Shown here piece by piece: positions 59,219 through 64,000 of a stretch of 64,000 nucleotides of DNA. The position numbers and the translations under genes were made by a program. The notes below the pieces were generated by a model, which was not told the DNA's origin, did not search any database, and saw nothing but the letters and a program-made list of their open reading frames with translations. Position 1 is the first letter of the stretch. Each line of letters begins with the position of its first letter. This stretch comes from Adineta vaga (Eukaryota; Animalia; Rotifera): NCBI GenBank assembly GCA_021613535.1, contig CP075493.1, positions 12,896,001 to 12,960,000 on the forward strand. Direction: 5' to 3'.

Positions 59219-60172
59219 ATGGTGATCGGTGAAATGATTTTTTTCGTATTTTTATACACGACAATAGTTCCTTGTGAAAGTTTTATGAATATCGATGAAT
59301 TTATGCTGACTAATCAAACGAAAAGTCGATTGAATGTGACATGTCAATATTATGATGAACATACCACTGATTGTGAGTATTGTGTTTATCAATATTATAG
59401 TAATGGTTCAGTTACACAAACATCATGGGATTTTATTCAAATGAGTAATATATATAAAAGTATTTCAAAACACTGTGAAGGTTTTTCTGATAAAAATGAT
59501 ATTGGTTATGGTGTATGCTCACCACTTACCTATGAAACATTTAATACATCAATACTTTGTATTTGTGCTACAAATCTATGTAATCAAAATTTGGAATCAT
59601 GTCAATTTTCAGTTCGAAATCAAACAGAATCGAATACAATACCATCGAATTTACCAGCATTACTTCCTCAATTAAAAACATCCATTTCATGTGTTAATCA
59701 GAATAATTTTGAAAAAGATTCAATCAATACAAGTTATTATTGTCTATATTCTCGTTCTCCTTTCATAAATGTCACTAAATGTAATGACTATATTGATCAA
59801 AATATGGTTCTATGTCTCATTATGCTTCGAGGTAATGATACTCTATCAATAGGATTATCCGACGATGTTTATGAATCAACATTAATTGGAAATATTCAAA
59901 ATATTTATTATTTAAATGAATATCCTGGTGTAACAGTTTCTTATAATCAAACTTCATCGTATTTCTATGTGATTTATAATCAAACGATTAATTCTGCCGG
60001 AAATACTAACATTCAACAGATCTGTTTTTGTGTACAGGATAATTGTAATCTAAATCTAAACAGTTGTTTCAATGCGAATCGATCAATACTAATTGCAAAT
60101 GATGGTCAAAGAAAGATTCATACATATTTATTCTTTTTTTCTTATTCAATTATAAGATTAGTTCTTTTTTAA
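59219..60172 (+). CDS. Cys-rich secreted or GPI-anchored protein with two divergent LU/three-finger-like domains
   Basis: Signal peptide; CICATNLCN and CFCVQDNCN domain ends; many N-glycosylation sequons; hydrophobic C-terminal tail. Confidence 0.65.
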   Translation: MVIGEMIFFVFLYTTIVPCESFMNIDEFMLTNQTKSRLNVTCQYYDEHTTDCEYCVYQYYSNGSVTQTSWDFIQMSNIYKSISKHCEGFSDKNDIGYGVCSPLTYETFNTSILCICATNLCNQNLESCQFSVRNQTESNTIPSNLPALLPQLKTSISCVNQNNFEKDSINTSYYCLYSRSPFINVTKCNDYIDQNMVLCLIMLRGNDTLSIGLSDDVYESTLIGNIQNIYYLNEYPGVTVSYNQTSSYFYVIYNQTINSAGNTNIQQICFCVQDNCNLNLNSCFNANRSILIANDGQRKIHTYLFFFSYSIIRLVLF

Positions 60173-60216
60173 TTGTTTTGAGTTTCATTCATTCATTGGT
60201 TCGAATAAAATCATTT

Positions 60217-62012
60217 TTAATAACGTAAAAATTTTTGAATTCGATGATTTTGATTATCGGCAATATAAAGATTTAATTGGTTGTCTAAAGCAACTGTATA
60301 GGGTTGATTCAATGATACACTATCATTTCCTAATTGACCAGTTACGCCAGCAATTGTTGTACCATTCATTTCACCATTGAGAAATAACTGGATACGATGA
60401 TTAGCTAAATCGGCGACATATAAATTACCCATTGGATCAAGAGTCAAGCCGGTAGGAAAACAGAGTGATGTTGATGTACTACCAAGTATGCCGTTGATAT
60501 CACCAGCTACAAGTGTCCAATTATTTGCACCTAATGTCCAACGAACAATATTATGACGATTAAAATTTGCAATAAAAAGACTATTCGTTACTGAATCGAA
60601 ATACATAGCAATTGGACCATCTAATTGTGTATAACTTGGTCCTGGTCCATTACCACCAGCGACGACGAAGCCTGTAATATTCCCAGGTTTATATCCTAGA
60701 ATGCGATCATTTCCATAATCTAGGACATAAGTAATATCTAAATTCAAATCACGAGCAATATCGTATGAACAATTTAATTGATTGAATGCATTGCCAGCGG
60801 TATCTATGAAGAAATTTAACGTATACCACTAAGGTATGTTGCTTCCGAATCGTACCTGTGCCCGCAATAAGAACTCCAGAATTTGAATTTTTCGGCCAGA
60901 AGAGTGCTCGACTATTCAATGCATCTGCTATGTATAGATTATCATTTGAATCGAGAACGATCTTCGCCGGATAATATAAAGAAGTTAGTGTAGTATTGGG
61001 CGTACCATTGGCACTGCCTGCTACAGTCGTTCCTTGTTTCGAATATGATGGAAATTTTTGAATTCGACTATTAAAACGATCTGCAACGTAGAGTGTACGA
61101 TCGTAAGTTAACACTAATCCCCATGGATTATTTAATTGACTTTCATTAGCTCCACTTCGGCCAGTTATACCAGCAACTGTTATGCCACTGGCATTCCAAC
61201 GAAGTACAGGATCGACAACTGTAGAAAAAGAAACCGAAAACGTCATGTTTGAATTTCATGTATCTTACTGTTTGTTTTTGTCTTTGATTTTGTCAAAAGA
61301 ACGATGGGAACAATAATGGCCACTATAATCATGAGTAAAAAGAGTATGATTAAACAAATCAGACATAATCTTTTGTATCTACAATAGAAATAGAAGATGA
61401 AACTATAAAATAAGACGATGAACATCGAATACTTTTTCTTTTTCTTTTCCTTTTCATTCAAATTCTTTTGGAGACGCTTATGATGATAATCCATTGGATT
61501 TGCCCATGTATCTTTGATCTTCAAAGGATAGAAATACTATTGAATATATTTTTTGTTATTTTACTAAGTGAAACTAACTTCAGATGAATTGAATGAAACA
61601 TCTCTATCAGCAGTGGGTGTGCGTGTGGGTGTGGTATAATAACTATGATCTTGAACGAGTTTTGTTTGTGTGTTCTCGCTTCCTACTTTTGATAGCTTAT
61701 GTTGTTGATATTGGCTTGATGGGACAGATTTATTGATGTTTTTCTATGAATTATCAATCGTATTTTTTAATATCTATGTGAAGAATATCGGAACTTACAG
61801 AACGTAAAGTATTCTGAGAACCTTTGAACTGATTATAGCGTGATGTTTTTAAAGTTACATGAACCACTCTATTCGGTGATTTTATCTCTTTCAAACGTTG
61901 ATTGTACTAAATGAAATATTGATCAATGTAATGAAGAATTAAACCAATTTACTTTCATTTGTTTTGATCGTTCGCATGTACTGTTGATGATAGTTACAGA
62001 ATTTGTTTTCAT
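60217..62012 (-). CDS. Type II membrane NHL-repeat protein (multi-exon)
   Basis: TM helix LCLICLIILFLLMIIVAIIVPIVLL; WNASGITVAG and LYVADxxNxRI repeats; intron ~60804-60855 joins the two NHL ORFs in frame. Confidence 0.8.
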
Positions 62013-62803
62013 CTTCGTTGTTTCTTATTTCTTACAAACTAATTCACAATGTTGAATTATTTCTTCTTTAAATTACACGATATGAAAGGCTTCATAGATA
62101 TGTGGAACACATAACGAACTCAAATACAAATAGAAAAGAAATGAAAATTGCGTTTTTTTATTATGTATGAAAAGTTTAAGAATATTCTACTGTATATAGG
62201 CAATCGTGTTGTATGTCATTCTGTGACTACACGACGAAATTGACATATATTTGTGTAAAGTTTTAACTGATTTTGCATACAGATGAAGATGAGAGCTGAT
62301 CGAAAGACGCTCTCATTCTGATTAATTAAGACGTTTTATTTTATGTGGAAAGATATTTATAGTTAGCTTTACGCGTAAACTCAAAAATTTGAGTTCACTT
62401 AAGAATTCAGTTCGGAAAAATAGGACATAGTTGTTCTGATTTAAAACATTCACTTCGTTATTGTGAATAGTAGTGGTATGTCAATGTAAGTCCGTATATT
62501 CAGTACTGCATGAAAAAGCTTGGTCTTTTTTTCTTTTATTTAGGATCAAGAGGAAAAAACCATAATGAGTCATTTGACGTATCGTTTTCTTTCTGTTCTA
62601 TGTTACGTTGTGTTTGTTTCGGTGTCGTGTTCGTCTGTGGCGATTGACTAATATAAGAAAAAAAGAATCTTACGCATTCACATGCTTTATTTTTTCATTT
62701 TATCGAGTAAAGAAAAACCAACTTAATCATTATGGCTTGGTAAGTTATGTTAAATTCTTTTTTTTAATATCTATGCTTATATTTTAGTGGATCTACATCA
62801 TCT

Positions 62804-64000
62804 ATGACCTGCTTTGAAGATCTTTCTAATGAACTAATCTATGAAATTTTTGATCATCTGGATTTTTATCATATTAATGAAAGTTTTTCAAATCTGAATA
62901 GTCGTTTTAATAATCTTATCAACTCACCGATATGTCCTATTAAAGTCAATCTTTCATCAATTTCAAAATCAACGTTCGAACATTATTATACACATATTAT
63001 TATTCCTTATCCAAATCGAATTACTTTACTTCGATTATCAAATTGTTTCATCGCAGATATTCATCCCATACCATACAATCATATGTTTCGACTTCAAACA
63101 TTAATTCTTCAAGAGATTGAATCAAAACAACTTGGAGATATTCTTACAGATTTATCAGATTTACCTTTACTTTCCTCGTTGATCCTTAAACCGATCGATA
63201 CTGTTGACGACGTAAACAGTTTATATCGTCTAATATTTCGTTTACCTTTTTTAAAATATTGTGCTGTAACAACTAATGGACATATCTCTTCTGAACCCTT
63301 ACCATTTGCCACTTGTGTTGATTTTAGCCCTATCGAAACATTTCTTATCAATAGTAGTTGTTATATAGATGAACTTAATGCTCTTTTATCATATGTTCCT
63401 CACATTCGTTATTTATCATGTGATATTAAATTCAATGAACCGATACTAATACGACCTCTTGAATTAAATAATTTAACACGTCTTCGTCTTAAAATGAAAC
63501 ATCTTCCGTTCGATCAGATTGTATTATTATTGAAAAATCTTTTTAATCACCTTCAAATCTTCTATATTATCACAGACTATTCATCATCATACATCGATCC
63601 AAATCAATGGGAACAAATAAGGCTTTCTTTCTTATCAAATTTACTTTTTTTTTCAAGTTAAATTACTATCTAATCAACCAACATATCTGTTTTGGTTCAA
63701 TCAACAATGGCATTGTCAAGAATTCGGAAGTTTTCCTCATTCATTCTATTCCATAGAATCAATTAAGTAAGTTTATAGGAAAGCTAGATATTCATCTTAT
63801 CGTTTTTCTTTTCTTTTAGACCGATTTGTTCATATCGAAATATCTCTTCAATTATGAATACGAATAATCTTTATTCAGTTAATCATATCTCTATTCGTAA
63901 TGAAGTAGAGACAAGTTGTAATTTAATTTATTTTCCTCATGTTACTACATTGACGATTTCTTTGCATTCAAATCGAACTTATCATTCGCTTTCAACGGTA
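62804..64000 (+). CDS. F-box-like/LRR protein, 3'-truncated; apparent frameshift at poly-T ~63645-63653
   Basis: MTCFEDLSNELIYEIFDHL; coding-like sequence and an intron (~63767-63819) continue past the stop at 63661. Confidence 0.7.

Noticed and set aside
61614-61635. Telomere-like (TGTGGG)n tract
   Set aside because: Only about four imperfect units, lying inside a probable coding exon of the NHL gene
63640-63661. Programmed frameshift at the poly-T in the last F-box gene
   Set aside because: A homopolymer indel (assembly error or pseudogenisation) is the simpler explanation

Overview
AT-rich eukaryotic genomic DNA with short (~50 nt) GT-AG introns and tight gene spacing. The gene repertoire (F-box/LRR-like proteins, NHL and FG-GAP propellers, LDLa-EGF-7TM GPCR, intronless bacterial- or fungal-looking genes) strongly suggests a bdelloid rotifer; this is an inference. 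About 35 loci are recognisable. Highlights: (1) a spliced gene fusing an MLKL-like four-helix-bundle domain, a kinase with intact catalytic motifs and RI-type LRRs; (2) a stonustoxin-like MACPF/CDC domain fused to a P-loop GTPase; (3) an sPLA2-NHL fusion; (4) three intact rhomboid proteases plus a fourth relic; (5) several probable horizontally acquired genes (2OG-Fe(II) dioxygenase, CBM52-like repeats, DKNYY repeats, APH kinase, GDSL lipase, fungal-type amino-acid permease); (6) roughly a third of the loci are pseudogenised; (7) an exact 14-bp motif occurs three times at ~167-bp spacing in a non-coding stretch. No rRNA, tRNA, CRISPR array or intact transposon was recognised. All family assignments come from motif recognition by eye, not database searches.
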